64,000 nucleotides of DNA, from assembly GCF_009914755.1 (NCBI RefSeq), contig NC_060940.1; one strand, 5' to 3'. Each line of letters opens with the position of its first letter. Positions within the stretch are counted from its first letter, which is position 1. The notes under the pieces were generated by a model. That model ran no database searches. It was given only the letters and a program-made list of their open reading frames with translations, and was not told the DNA's origin. Source of the stretch: the human T2T-CHM13v2.0 reference genome, Homo sapiens. Shown piece by piece: positions 14,851 to 29,879 of this stretch. Made by a program: the position numbers and the translations under genes.

Positions 14851-16061
14851 TTATTAGCTAAAAGTTGCTAAGAACTTTTTTTTCTGGTAGCACAGGTTTT
14901 GGCTGCATGGCAAATGCAGAAGTCAACAGAAGGAGCCCACGTACATCAGGGAATTGGTGATCAGAGTCACCTAGACTGCAGGGGAAAAAGCCAAACCAAA
15001 AGTCTTACAGGTAGAGAAGATTTGGAAGAGGCACACATCCCAAGCAAACTACAATTGATGCACCCCTGCAGAGTCTACAGAAATGAAAAGAGAAGATCGA
15101 AATATCATCATTTTTCATTCTCCCGAGTTTTAATTTTTATTTATTTATTATTATTTATTTATTTATTATTAAAGTAGCAGAGATTGAAAACTAAGATAAA
15201 AAATGCCAACATAACCAATGATACGTTTAGCAGGATTGGGGAAAGTTCATAGCGCTAGCCATGGACTCTGAGTTCTCCACTAGACTGTAAGACCTTGAGG
15301 CCAAGAACTGTGTCCATCTTGGTCACCATTGTACCTGTAGCACCTAGCCCAGCATGGGGGAGCAGAGAGAAGCTGAGTGAATTGATTAAATTCATTGGTT
15401 GTGGCTGACCTCTAAAGATGTTCTATTAACTCTGAGACTGTGCACAGAGAAGACTTTGTGTGCTGCTGTCCATGGAAAGAAAGCTTCATCTTGTGTTGCT
15501 GCTGGGGAGCTCAAACAACACTGGACATGGATGGTACTGGACTGGTAGAGCATCTCCCTCTTGTATTATGTAAAGAAGTTCTAACATAGAATGCATAACC
15601 ATAGATAGAAGTTCATTATCAGTTTTATTTAATAAGCAGTTGTTCCTGATAATCAAAGTGATTCAGATATCACTTAAGGTCACCATGCTCATTAAGTCAA
15701 GAGATTATGTGCTGGAGTCCTTACATGATGACCTAAGGCAGGTCTATCCATGCCTTCAACAGCATGTCTACAAATTCCCAAGCTTGTCTTTCTCCAAGTC
15801 ACCTCTGGCTGTGATTTCTAGTGAAGATGAACTCTCATCTCTCATTCTTTACTCTGTTATCAGTCCAAACATGTAAGAGCCCTTTCTCCTTAATCACTTA
15901 ACCTTAACCCACATATCGAAAAAAAAAAAAAAAGAAAAAAAAGAAAGAAAAGCCATGCACATAGATCAGATGAAAGTAATACGCTTTCCAGAAAATTCAG
16001 GGCTCCTCTGTCATCACAGACATTGTAAATATTAGACTGCCCCATTCTTTTTAAAATCTAA

Positions 16062-16481
<420 letters not shown>

Positions 16482-16641
16482 TAGTGTCTTTAGCAGAAAG
16501 GGAAGGGTGCTGTCCAGTAGAAATATTTCTATTTTTTTTAAAACCTAAGTCAACTCAAGTCACACCTTGGTTCAAAACTTTCTGATGATATCTCTCGTCA
16601 CATTTTACAATAAAACTCATGGTCTTCCCCATGGCTGAAAG

Positions 16642-16835
16642 CAGAGTTTCTCAACCTCGGCTCTCTTAACATTTGAGGCCAGATGGTTCTTTTTGGTGGG
16701 GTCTGTTCTATGCATTTTGGGATGTTTAGCAGCTCTCTGGCCTCACCAGATGTCAGTAGCCCATCCCCATTTTTACAATCAAAAATGTCTCCAGACATTG
16801 TCAAATGTTCCCTGGGGGGGAACTGAAAATCACTG
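16642..16835 (-). mobile_element. MER20 copy 3
   Basis: cagagtttctcaacctcggc...aaaaatgtctccagacattgtcaaatgttccctgggg...cactg, both termini present. Confidence 0.88.
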
Positions 16836-18858
16836 ACTTAAAGGCCACATGGACTGGCCTTGAACTACTGCTGTAATTTAGCTCCTTTTATTCTCTTTGA
16901 TTGTTCTGCTCTGGTTAAAATGGCCTCTCTGCTGTTTGACTGAGAATTATGTTCCTGTCTGAGAGCCTTTGCACCTGCTCTGCCCTGTGCCTGGTGCACT
17001 CTTCCGTGAACATGGCATCCTGGCACCCAGTCACTATTCTGTTGCAAACACCCATTCCCACCTGACGCCAATACATTTGCTTATTGAATGTCTCCCATGA
17101 CCTCCTACAAGCTAAGCTTCATGGGATGGGGACTTGGATGGTTTTATATGTTGCCGTGTCCCCATGATGTAGAAGAGTACATGGCACATGCTCAACAAAG
17201 AGCTATTGAAAGAATGAGGTAATGAATAGGCAGGAACACACAGGATGGAGTAAGTAGCACATATGTGAGATGATTAAGAAATCAGCCCAAGTAGAATAGA
17301 AGGTATGTCCTAAGGTTGGGAAATGTAGAAAACTCCCCCACAGTGGGCAAATGATAGAAGTTATTGACATCCAGACAGCGTACTGTATCCACCATCTATC
17401 AGACAAGTGGGTGTCAGAGCAGGTTCATGAGCTGGGGAGAGATGTGGTAAGAATGGAGCAGAAATGAGAAGCCTGGATTCAACCGGAAAACCATGCAATA
17501 GAAGCGTGGATCCAACTAGAAAATAACACAATGCTCTGGTGTGAGTGAGGGTGGCGAATTGGTTTCCTCTGTGGTTGGTGAGGAGTACTGGAGTGAGTAG
17601 ATTCTAAGGGAGAGGTGATTTGATTGAACAGTGTCCATGGTGGAATGAGAAGTGTAAGCTGGCCCAGGTACCAAGGGTTTGTCATCTCTGTTGTAAAGAA
17701 CTAGGTCAATGGTGGTAATTAGCAATGAAACAGAAAATAGAAAACTGTAAATCACAGACATCTTGGATTTTATTCAAGTTTGGCAAGTTGCATCTTGTAC
17801 CATTATATTTTGGAAGCGGCTGAGTGAGTTTTTGGTCATGTGTTGGCAAGAATGACATCCTGTCAGCCAGGAAGCATCTTTCCCATGAAAAAAAGGGACA
17901 TTAGTAAGGCTGCCCTACTTAGATAAAACCTTAGATAATGATAAAAGGGACCTTGGGATAGTGGGGCAATTTAGTTGTATCTCTGGTTAGTTTTCTCTTT
18001 TTTGTGTTATGCTAATCTTAAGTAAATTTACTTTTTATGTAGTTGCTTAACGTGTTTTTACAAGTGTTACTTTACTTGTAGCAATTCTTGTGAAATACAT
18101 GGTTGGAACATTAACAAAAAATTTCTATTAACCAAGCCACAGGAAAACATAGGAGAATGAACAAAAGAAGCCAGCCACAAAGAGGACCGATACCTATTTC
18201 CATCTATTTAAAACAAAAATCAGGTAAAACGGATCTATGCTGTTGTAAGTCAGGATCGTGGTAACCTGTGAGGGGTGGGGACAACTGGAAGGAGATACAA
18301 GGGAGATCTCTGGTGAGCTGTTGATGTTGTTTCTTAACCTTGGTGCTGATTAAGTTTCTCTATAATGTATAATACATAGCAGATTGGTAACCTCAAAAAT
18401 GCTATTGCCTATTCACAACGATAGGTGAAATATACACTAGTCATTGATTCACGGAAGTTGACTATATTCAGAGAGAATGTGTTAGACAGGAAATACAAAC
18501 AAACAAAAACAACCAACCAAACAAAAAAACAGGTGCCTTAGAATCTTATGGACGTAGGGTTCAAATGGCACCTCTGCTTTTTTACTTGAGTGAGGCTGGA
18601 AACTTTTTATATTCTTTCTGAAGCTTGGTTTCCTCACCTGTAAAATGGGAAAAAATGTGCACTTTTATGGGAGCCAATTGGAAGCTCTAAATAGCCAAAG
18701 CTAGAAGAGTTAGAGCAACACAACAAAGTAGTAAGCCATAATCCAAAGTATAAAATCAATATTCATGAGTCCAAACTGATATAAATAAGTGATTGAACTA
18801 ATTAATAAGCGAGGGAGAAGAGATAAATCTCCTGTGCAGAATTCCAAATAATGTATAG

Positions 18859-19205
<347 letters not shown>

Positions 19206-19769
19206 CTAACTCCCCAGTTTTTAAGTGTGGCCTGTGCACAACGGCTTCCTTTCAAAGCGTACAGCTTGGGAAGGGGAAAAAGCAACTGTGCAGTGGAGAA
19301 AACTGATGAACACCACTTCAACCAGGTCAACATCTTCCAGGTCAACATCAGCAGCAGTCTTAAGTCACATGGGTGCTATGTACCCTTAATGTGATGTGAT
19401 GTGATGAAATGGCATTTTACCTCTGTGATCTTCTTCCCCCAAACCTATAATCCCAGTCTAATCAGGAGAAAAGCATCAGACAAATTCAAATAGAGAGGCG
19501 TTCTACAAAATCCCTGATGAGCACTCCGTCAAACTATCAATTATGTCAACTATGTCAGGTCTGAGAACCTGTCATAGCCCACAGGAGTCTAAGCAGACAG
19601 GATCACTAAATGTAACACAATGTCCTGAACAGGATCCTACAGCAGAAAAAGGACATTAGGTAAAAGTAACGCAATGTGAATAAAGTATAGAATTTAGTTA
19701 ATAATAATGTATCAATATTGGGTCATTAATTGTAGAAGATGTAACTACATCATACTAATGTAAGATTGT

Positions 19770-20080
19770 TGTTGTTGTTAATTTTTTTTTTTTTTTTTTG
19801 AGATAGGGTTTTGCTCTGTCGCCTAGGCTGGAGTGCAGCAGTATGAGCATGCTCACTGCAGCCTCAACCTCCTGGGCTCAGGTGATTCTCCCACCTCAGC
19901 CTCCTGAGTAGCTGGGGCCAGGGGCGTATGCCAGCACACCTGGCTAATTTTTAAATTATTTGTAGAGGCAGGGTCTCCCTTTGTTACCCAGGCTAGTCTC
20001 AAACTCCTGGGCTCAAGCGATTCTCCTGCCTCAGCCTCCCAAAGTTCTGGAATTACAGGTGTGAGCTACCGCACCCAGCC
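19770..20080 (-). mobile_element. AluJ
   Basis: ctcctgggctcaag-type J diagnostics. Confidence 0.9.
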
Positions 20081-20934
20081 ATAAGATGTTAATAATAGGG
20101 AAACTGTATGCGAAGTATTTGGGAACTCTCGGTACTAGCTTTCTGATTTTTTTGTAAATCTAAATTTGCTCTAAAAAATAAAATCTGTTTTTTTAAAAAA
20201 TGTGCATCTTACCTTAGGTTGCAAGCATAAAGTGAGATAACATATATAAACATAAGGCTCTCAAACTTTTTGGACTTAGTCCCCTTACATGGGCAAAAGT
20301 CATTAGGGCTCACCTACCCCACCCATTCCCACATCAGCTTTGTGTTGGTTCACATGTGCCCTAAGGGTAATGCGAATTTTCACGGTGACCAGGTCTTAGT
20401 TGAATGCTGAATTACAGTCATCTGTACAGTTCAGTTTCCTTTGTGAATATAGAATCGAGAAACCCTTCCTAAGTTATGTTCCTATTAAAAAATGAAGGTC
20501 ATTTAAAAGAAAAAATCTGATTTTTAGGCACTGTGGACAGATGGCGGGGCTCAGGGAGGGTGATGAATGGGTCCAGGGAGCGAGTACAGGGCAAGAACAT
20601 GAAACTGTGAGAAGGTGATGGGTTGTGCCTGGACTGTGATACTTCTTCATTTACTCAATTGTTCATTCTGTCATTCGGTAAATATTTACTACAGGCGCTC
20701 AGTGGGTGTGGGGTCTGGAACAGTGAACCAGACAGCCCAAGAGAGTCCGTACTCTGATGGAGATCACCTAGTTTCTTCTCTTTCCTGCCTGTATTATTTT
20801 CCAATGAGTGTTCCCTTAAGGAGGAAACTGGAGTTCTCTATAAAAGTAAACTATGACATATTCCTAGAACTTTCCTATTAATAACATTCACCAATATTGT
20901 AATTATTTATCCAATGTGCATCTTCTCTCTAGAC

Positions 20935-21105
20935 CAGGGTTTCTCAGCCTTGGCACTGTTGATATTTGAGGATGGATGTTGGCTGGCAGATGTTGAGAAG
21001 CATCCCTGGCCTCAATAGTAGTCTGTGTTGTGACAACCAAAAATGTTTCCAGACATTGCCAGATATTCCCCAGGGGACAAAATTGTCTGTGGTTGAGAAT
21101 CGCTT
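20935..21105 (-). mobile_element. MER20 copy 4 (followed by a MER5-type element at ~21110-21280)
   Basis: cagggtttctcagccttggcactgttga...tgacaaccaaaaatgtttccagacattgccagat..ccccaggggacaaaatt. Confidence 0.88.
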
Positions 21106-22688
21106 TCCTGCATTGGTGGCTCTCAATCCTGGCTGAAGTTTGGAATCTCCTGAAGAGATCTCAGAAACTGTTGCCAGTGGATACCGACCCCTATCCAGGC
21201 CAATTAAATGGGAGTCTCTGGGGATGGGCATTGACTTTTTTTTAGATTGTAGTGGGATTGAGGAGTGAGAACCTCTTTCCTAATCAGTATGCGTCATGAA
21301 GCCAGGGAGTATTTGTCTTCTGTGGGTGGGTGTTTTTAGGACCTAACACAATGATATCTGAATGAATGAGGGAACAAAAGAATGAAGCTGAAGACAGGTA
21401 GGAAGATGTGTCAGAAGTTAAAAGTGGCACCGGGACAGTACAGGAATGTGTTTTGCAAAGAGCAAACCTGGGTTTCACGGCTGACTCTACCACATTCCCG
21501 TTGTGTAGCTTTGGGCAAGTGTTTAATTTCCCGGGCACTTCAGTTGCTCATCTTAACACAGGAATCACAAGAATATGGGAGAATTCTTCATAAAGGTTAT
21601 GTTCCAAGAAAAATGCATTTGTTTCCATTAAAAAAAATTGACATGAAAAATCTAGCTATTTCCCAAGGCCTCCTCACCCGACAACTGTTATCCGTTAAGA
21701 ATGCTGAGGGCAAAGGAGGAGGGAGGTCAAGTATTTGCTCTTCCTGGATTAAGAGTTGAGCTTTTATTTTGACCTCAGGGCAGTCCTAAGTATGCTAGAG
21801 TTTTGTTGTATTTCTCTAACATTTTATTATACCTTAATCTATTTTATGGGGAACAGGCAATGTCAACATGAGGGTGGCAATCTGATGGATTGCCTAAGTC
21901 TTAAACTAAAGGGTGGGGAAAGTCCACTTCCCACTAGTTTCCCACAGGCTTTCTACCAGCTAAACAGCTTTGATTCAGATGACCTTTGTAAGTGGGAAAC
22001 TGTAGGTCAGGGATCTCCAACTCAAAAGGCTATGGGGTCAGGGTAGGCTGCATTACTGAGGGAAGCTGGTGATGGGAATGTGTGTGTGTGTGAGAGCTCT
22101 TGATCAGTGAACCTTGTTTCTTCAAGTGCATACCCCATCAGAGGGGGAGCCCCGGAGGTCCTCAGCCTCAGCTGATGGGTCCCTTGTGGGAATGCCGACT
22201 CATCTCCTGGTTAATCAAGAGAAACCATTGATCTGGGTTTTCAGGTACAATCTCCCGATTCTGAGTCTTTGTTCAAATTTTTGCAAAATTCATTGTGTGG
22301 GACAAATGAAATGCCTATTCAGATCACATCCTTTTACTGATAGATAGCAGATCTTCAATTTGTGTTTGTCCGTTCTACCATAAGAAGTGAGATTCCACTA
22401 TGAGAAAGGGTCTTGGTGCCTCTGAAGATACCAACCCCGTAAGCACCTCCACCTTAAGCTGCTGGTAGTTGAAGACATCATTGGCAAAGGGAGCACTCGG
22501 AGGAGCTTTAGGGGCAAGGACGCATAAAGCAGAGCTGTGATCTTTGGCTGATTCATCGCTGTGGCTAGAAAAGCAGTGAGGACCTTCTGAGAGAACTGAT
22601 CTGAAAACCTTTTTGGTTCCAGAAACTGGAGGGAGCCAATGAAAGGAGTAGTGTAGTGTCGGTTTTTTAAAAAAAGTTTCCATTTATG

Positions 22689-22980
22689 GGCCAGGCGTGG
22701 CGACTCACACCTGTAATCCCAGCACTTTGGAAGACTGAGGCAGGTAGATCATGAGATCAGGAGTTCAAGACCAGCCTGGCCAAGATGGTGAAACCCCGTC
22801 TCTATTAAAAATACAAAAATGAGCTGGGCATGGTGGCAGGTGCATGTAATCCCAGCTACTTGGGAGGCTGAGGCAAAGAATTGCTTGAACCCAGGAGGCA
22901 GAGGATGCAGTAAGCCAAGATTGTGCCACTGCACTCAAGCCTGGGTGACAGAGTGAGACTCTGTCAAAAAAAAAAAAAAA
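22689..22980 (+). mobile_element. AluS
   Basis: Full-length; TSD aaaagtt(t/a)ccatttat. Confidence 0.92.
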
Positions 22981-25247
22981 GTTACCATTTATTTAATAAA
23001 CATCTGGAGAGCAGTGGCTTTGTGCCAGACCTTGTTCCAATTACTTTAATATATCAAATTATTTAATCCTTCGAACAACTCTATGACCCAGGTCCTACTG
23101 TCACTCCATTTTAAAGATGGGGAAACTGGGGCACAGAGAGGTTAAGTGACAGCCAAAGTCACACAGCTGTTAAGTGACAGAGCTGGGATTTGAACCCAGG
23201 TCTCCCAGCTCCAGAATCCAGGTTATCATCATTTCTCTTGGCTGTATTTTAATAGGGACGATTTTATCTATAGTAATGAAAAATTATGGCTTTGAAGACT
23301 ATGTAGAAATATGTAAAACCAGTCTATATAATAGTAATTTAAAAATCAGCTGTCAAATTGTATGTGTGCTATAACTGTTAAAGAACGATATGTAGGAAAA
23401 AAGACTAGAAGAAAAAGAACATGAACATTATGAGAGTTATGCAATATGGTGAGATTATGGAGAATACCTTCTTTTATTGATCTCAGTATTGACTGTGAGC
23501 TTTTATTTCTTGTATGATGTTTTATTAATGACTAAAAAACATTTACAGGTTTGTAAATTTATCCCCCATCTTCCTTCTTTCTGAATGTAGCTTCCAAAGG
23601 ACAGTGCTTGTGTTCCAGGGCACATGCATCCCAGCACTCAGTCCTGTATTTACAGGGTGGATGCGTTTTATTCAAGAGGCCTGGCCTGAAGAACTCCCAA
23701 ACACGCGTTATTCACAACGTGCCCAATTTAAGACTTGAACCAACAAATGATGGGGTGTTTCCGTTCACCAGCTAATATGGTGCCCCCATGTGGCAGTAGC
23801 ATAAATACACTTTGCAACTACATTACACAATTCCTAATACCCTCAAATTCAAGGTGATTCACATTATTTCCCTTTTGCACATAAACTGAGTCTTTATTAA
23901 CATTTTTAGAATTAACTGCTATTTCAAATTCACTCCAATCTTGTACAAATGGGTCTGTAGTAGTCATTGCCTGTTCCAAGTTGATGGGTTTCCAGGCTGC
24001 TAGAGACAGAATGATCCCAAATGACATAGTTTAACACCAACCTCAGCATTTTCTCTGCCCTGTTGAGCACTTACTATGAGTCAGGTGCCCTCAGCACTAG
24101 TGACAAAGGACCCTCTCTCAGTTTGTAAGGCACAAATATTCTAGTGCCCTCTTCAATGCTTATTCATCCAACATGTGCTTTTTATTGAGCATCCACTATG
24201 GGCTAAGCCTTGTGCTTTGGAGGATTTGAATATTTTATACCCCAGTTGTTTATATCCTAATCTGTGCCTGGCTCCAAACTACCTCTGCTGTGTCTTAGCT
24301 GAATGACTTAATCCTTCTGTGCCTCAGTTTCCTCCTCTGTAAATGGGTGATGGTAACATTACTTACCCCCCAGGGTGATTGAGAGGATTCAGTGAGTAAA
24401 TGCATGTGAACTAGCTGGAACTTGGTAAACATGCAATCCATACTTGGTGTGCTTATTTTCAAACACCACTGTTGGGTAACTCTTATGAAACACTTCCAAC
24501 TTCTCACGAAAGCCCTGGCTTTGTTGCCAGGTTTCCGGAGTATACAATTATTTTCCCCTCTCCTCAAGGAGTGATTCCTTAGCCACAGACTTTTTCAAGG
24601 CCCTCTGACCCCTGAGCTGCCTCAGGACTTCATAGACACCAGGCCTAGCACAGCCTGATCTCTAACATCATAAGTCAGAAATGACGTCACGGTTACAGCC
24701 ACGATACTGATGACAGCCATTCACAACACGCTGGGCCAGTGCGAAATCCTGTCTTGCTGACTGCCCATGCCAGTCTAGGAGGGGGTGTTATGATAATCCT
24801 ACCTTCCATGTGAGGAAGTGGAGGTTCCACATGGTTATATGTGACTTTCCCAAGGCTTGTAAGTGGAAGAGAAGAATCAGGCAGTCTGAGTCTTAACCAA
24901 GATGCTCAGCTGACAGTCAGTAGAGGCAAACTCTACATTTACCAATATTGTGAGTGGAAACATCTGAAAATTAAAATAAAGACACAGTTTTATTTTTTAA
25001 AAAGACTGATGTAGTAATTGTTTGGAATAGGCTCTATTAGGCATTTCACAAATATTAACTGACACAGGTACCATTATTTAGCCCATTTTACAGGTAAGGA
25101 AGCAGAGGCAGAGAGTAATTAGAAAGGCTCTCTAGGGTTACACAGGCAGGAATAGCAGGGCTAGACTCGCACCCATTTGCCTATGCCACACTGCCTCATG
25201 GGTAAACACAAGCAGATGGTCTCCCGTGATCTTTGGCTTCATTAATT

Positions 25248-25816
25248 TACTGCCAAACAAAAAAAAACCTCAGATTTAGTTAGGAGAGACTTTATTCAAA
25301 AGGATTATTGCAGTAGAGGGAATGTTCTGACCACTTAATCTGCAAGTGTCTCAAGATGAGGCAGTAAATATTTTGCTTTGCTAAAGAGGCATAAACAAGG
25401 TTAGAAAGAAGTGGGTGTTGGGGGCTGGGATGATCAGAGTGACACAATCAGACAGTGGTTGAGGGCTGATCAGGAAGGTCTGTAAAGAGGAGTTGTCTGC
25501 TGGCTCAGGCTGAGGGTGGGCCAGGACCTGGGGAAAGGAGAGACTCTACACCAAAGTTAGGTTAACGAACACTTTGTTCCGACTGACCAGTGGAAACAGG
25601 CAGTTAAACTAACCACAAAAACAAAGAAAGGGAGTTTGGAGGCTCTGGGTCTGGCCTTGTCATAGGTAAACAAGTGGGGGCACCTATGAGTCTCATCTAA
25701 GTCATATGGGGAAGGGAGTTCTTTGCAGTGAGCTGTTTCCCAGAACACAAAAGGGTGGGGACATTTCTTAACCTTTGCAATTTTCCAGTATCACAGGGCT
25801 TGCCTAAAGTTCAACA
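25248..25816 (-). mobile_element. ERV1-type solo LTR (MER4-group-like, subfamily uncertain)
   Basis: LTR-like ends, minus-strand AATAAA at 25296-25291. Confidence 0.6.
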
Positions 25817-28800
25817 CTGTTGTCACCTGTAGGCTCTTCCAAGGAACTTTCCTAAGAGAGTCAGATCCTAGGCTCATGAAGCTGCTCAAAGGCACTGCCT
25901 TCCAAAATGTGACAAATTATCCTCTACTCAAAGGAAAAGGAGTCAAGATCACAATGTCTCCTCCTTGCTCGCATCCCTTTACCTGCCACGCTGGCTTCTT
26001 TCACTCAGTGTAATGGTTTCAATGTTCATGCTGTAGCAAGCATAGAAACTTCATTCCTTTCTATGGCTTAATAATATCTCACTGTTGGGTATACCATATT
26101 TTTTATCCATTCATTAGTTGATGGATGTTTGGTTAGTTTCTTTTTTTCTGTTGTTATGAATAATGCTGCTATGAACATTTGTGCACAGGTTTTTGTGTAA
26201 ATATATATTTTCATTTATCTTGGGTACACACCTAGGAGCAGAATTGCTAGGTCGTCTGGTGACATTATGTTTAACCTTTTGAGGACTGTTTTCCAAAGCA
26301 AAGATAACTAGTTTTAGTGTCTGCAGTAAGTGAAAAAGATGTTCAGGAAAGACACTAAAACTAACTCGAGAAAGAAGAGGGATTATTAGGAGGATGTGGA
26401 ATTTCTTAAAGCATACATGGGGAAGAGAGCACTTGAGGTTTACCAGAGAGTGGAAAGCTATCATGAGCCAAGAAGATGCTCGTCTATGTCTGTGGACAAC
26501 ATCTGACCTCAGACTCTGCTCTTATTTGTAGCTTTGCCTCTTGTTACTCTTCAAGAGGACTTAGCCCATATCTCCATGTGCATGAAGGAAGACAGCCACC
26601 CAGTCCCCCCATTTGCTATTGAGTTTAATGACCTCTTTGGTCAGACAGTATCGGACACTGCTTTGGATCTTGCAGCCACAATTCCACATTTCTGAAAGAG
26701 AAAAGCTGGTTGACTCTGGTCCAATCAGCCCCAGACAAGAGGTGGAGTTACACAGGACAATTATAACCTTGTGGACCCCTGTGGGGAAGGGGAAGCTGGG
26801 AAGCTCTCAGCATCTTGTGTGGAGGCACACAGTGTTGAACACATCAAAGTGTTTGTGGGATGCAAGGCCAAAGGAAGGATTGGAAAGTGCAAAGTTCATG
26901 ATTCTCAGGTGGATTTGGGGAGCAGATGATGGACTTCAGGTTTGGATACAGGTGACAGTTTGCATGCCTTCATGGTCAGCAGCTCTAAGTGGGTGGATGA
27001 CCCCTTTCCCCCTCTCTTAGCTCTCTAGAGAGCAGCAGATACCCTGATTGACTGTTTATGTGCTCCGTAGAGTCAAGGTCATGGTGTTTGTCTCTGCACT
27101 GCAGAACAGTTTTCTTCTCTGTGCAGAAGGAACATGCTGGGCATCCTGATATCACACAAGCCTCTAGGGGGAACTGGGGGCTTTAAAATCCATGGCCCCC
27201 ATATATCTAGCTGTGCCAATAATAAGGCAGAAGCATAAGGTATGGTACCTCACAAAATGGGAAAGGCTGTCCACGAAACACTTGGTCTCACCCAGCAGGG
27301 TGTGTATAACCAGGCTCTAGATACTTTTAACTCCAACCTGGTTCAAAGTTAGTTATTTTCAGGTTAATTCATACCCTTTCTTACAGACCACAAGAGGATC
27401 ATCCTGGGATTAGCTTGCCCAAACCTCCCTTCTCTGCTGACACAGATGAAGGAGAAGGTGGCTGGTCCAGTACGACAGTGACTCATGAACTTGGATTTAG
27501 GATCCAATAGAGTCCAGGTCGATCCCTACCATCTGTGTGATCTTGGCATCTCTTGTTTTCAGTTTCCTCATCTGTAAGATAGGAAGGATAATTTCTACTG
27601 TAGACATTTGGGGAATAATTTTATAAGACAGACTTGACCACTACTGGTATTTAGGGGATTCCAGGGAGAGCACACACAGCACTGGTCTGCAGTCTGGTGA
27701 ACTTGCCAGTGTCCAGCATCTGGCCTCAGCACTGTGGATCCAGAAGTTGGATTTGTCCAGCAACAGGTCCATTTCTTCAGGAACTGGGCTCACAAAATGG
27801 TTATACACATATATTATATATTAGTACCAGAATTCTAATGCATTAATTTACACTAAGACAGGTGTCTATCACATGGTCCAGACACTTGCATGTGTTTCAG
27901 TTGGTACCATCTCCTCCTCTGGCCAGCCCCAGGGAGGAAACCACTTACACTCAAGAGCTATTTGCTGGGCAATGACATACATGGAGACATAAGAAGGAAG
28001 GAGATGGAGCAAACGTTAAATGCAATCAGTGATGGCAACCAGAGGCGTTCATCTCATAATGGTGGTGTCAGAAGGACAGGAGTACACACACCTTTTGCCA
28101 TGACTATCATTCTCTCTCTGGCAGTGTTCGCACATGCCAACCATGCTAGGATCTCTCTCTCTTCCACCTTTTTCTACACTTAGAGGACTGACCAGTCTCC
28201 ATTCTAATTAGCATAGCCTTTAAAAAAAGAAATTACAGAAGAAAAATAAGTACTTTTTTGTAGCAAAAATGGTAAACATTACAAGATAAGGTCCACCCTC
28301 CATTCTGCCTGTCCTCCTAAGGAAAACTTAGGGAATCTCTCCTTCCAAATTCTTTTTTATTTTATTTTATTTTTTTACATTTCCACACCTCGCTATTTAT
28401 GGCATCAACTCTCCTTCTTTTTTGCATTAAAATTGGATTTTATTAATTATTATTATACTGCAAATTATTTTATTTCACTTAACAAAGCATCTTGGAGCAA
28501 TAGCCATGTCATTGTCAATAGTTCTATTCCATCTTTAAAACTGCTTTGTCTTATTCCATTTTGTGTACCGTAATTTAGGTACCCATTCTCCTATTCATAG
28601 ACATTTAAGTTAATTCCTTCTTTTGCTTTTATACAGTGTTGTAAAGAACATCATTTATGTGCCTGCAAGTATTTCTCTAGGATAAATACTGAGACTTTTT
28701 GGGTCAAAAGATAGGCCAATTCACACTGGTGGATTTTAGTCCTGCACATGTTTATCAATAGTGTATGTGAACACCTGCCCTCTCTTTGCAGACAGTAGAT

Positions 28801-29879
28801 TTCAGGCCCCTGTTGTTAGCTTGGAAGCGAGATCTCTTTCCTGCCCACTCACATACTGATCTTTGAGTTGATTCTCTGCATGTACTCTGATTTTCCTTAT
28901 TTCCCAATTCTTGGCGGGCATGTCTGACTACCAACAAGAGATCCCTGCAGGAGTCCAAGGAAGATCACATGACACAGGCAATGTGAAATACTTTCTTATT
29001 AAAACAAGAGAGACGTTAACTGTTATATGTTTATTATGGTGTATGTAGCTCAAAGGGTGATTTAATGTTCATGTTATCTTCAACTTAGGAATTTCAGACA
29101 TCAACGTTTTGCACTTGTGGGTATAAAACACTTTTTCCTGGGTCCCTAATACCCTCTTGGCTGGGTTGGGTATACTCCCATCTCAAATTCTGAGAAGCTT
29201 AAGTCATACTTTGTGTATTACATTAGTCTCTGTTTTCACAGAGCAATGCAATTAGGGCTTTCTATCTGGTTTCTGTTGTAACTTTCTTTTTAGGCTTGAC
29301 GTCTATTCCATGGCTCAGGGCAGACCATGGATAGGGAAAAAGGCCCAGGAGGGTGAGAAACACAGGTGGCCATGAACTTTTTATAATCCAGCATGAACTG
29401 GCCCCCATGGGCAGCCTCTGTTATTGCCCTGTGTCTCCAAAAGGCAAAACCGAGTCCAAAGTATGAGTTTGTAATGAATGTTTGACTGAAGGTTTTACAG
29501 AGTGAGTGAAGTTACATCAAACACTACACATTATAGATTACTGAAGCTACTTCCATTGGATGCCTTGGTTTTCCTTCCCAATTACTTTGGCCACCAGCCA
29601 CTCCTGGACTACCCTTCCCCCATGCCTTTCTCTTTCCACCTATGCCCACTCACAACCCCTAATTCTATATTATGCCCCTTTCTTTATATGGGGAAATGTA
29701 TCTGTCTGGCTTGGCTTCTCCTCCCACCTCTCCACTTAGAACATAAAGAAACTTCCTCAGGAACCCCTCTCTTCAGAGAGCATGGAGAATCGTAAACAAC
29801 GTAATATGTTTTCCTTGTTAAATATTTTCTCCTGTCACTCTGGTTTGACCTCACTCCCTACTCCCCTGACCCTATGCAG

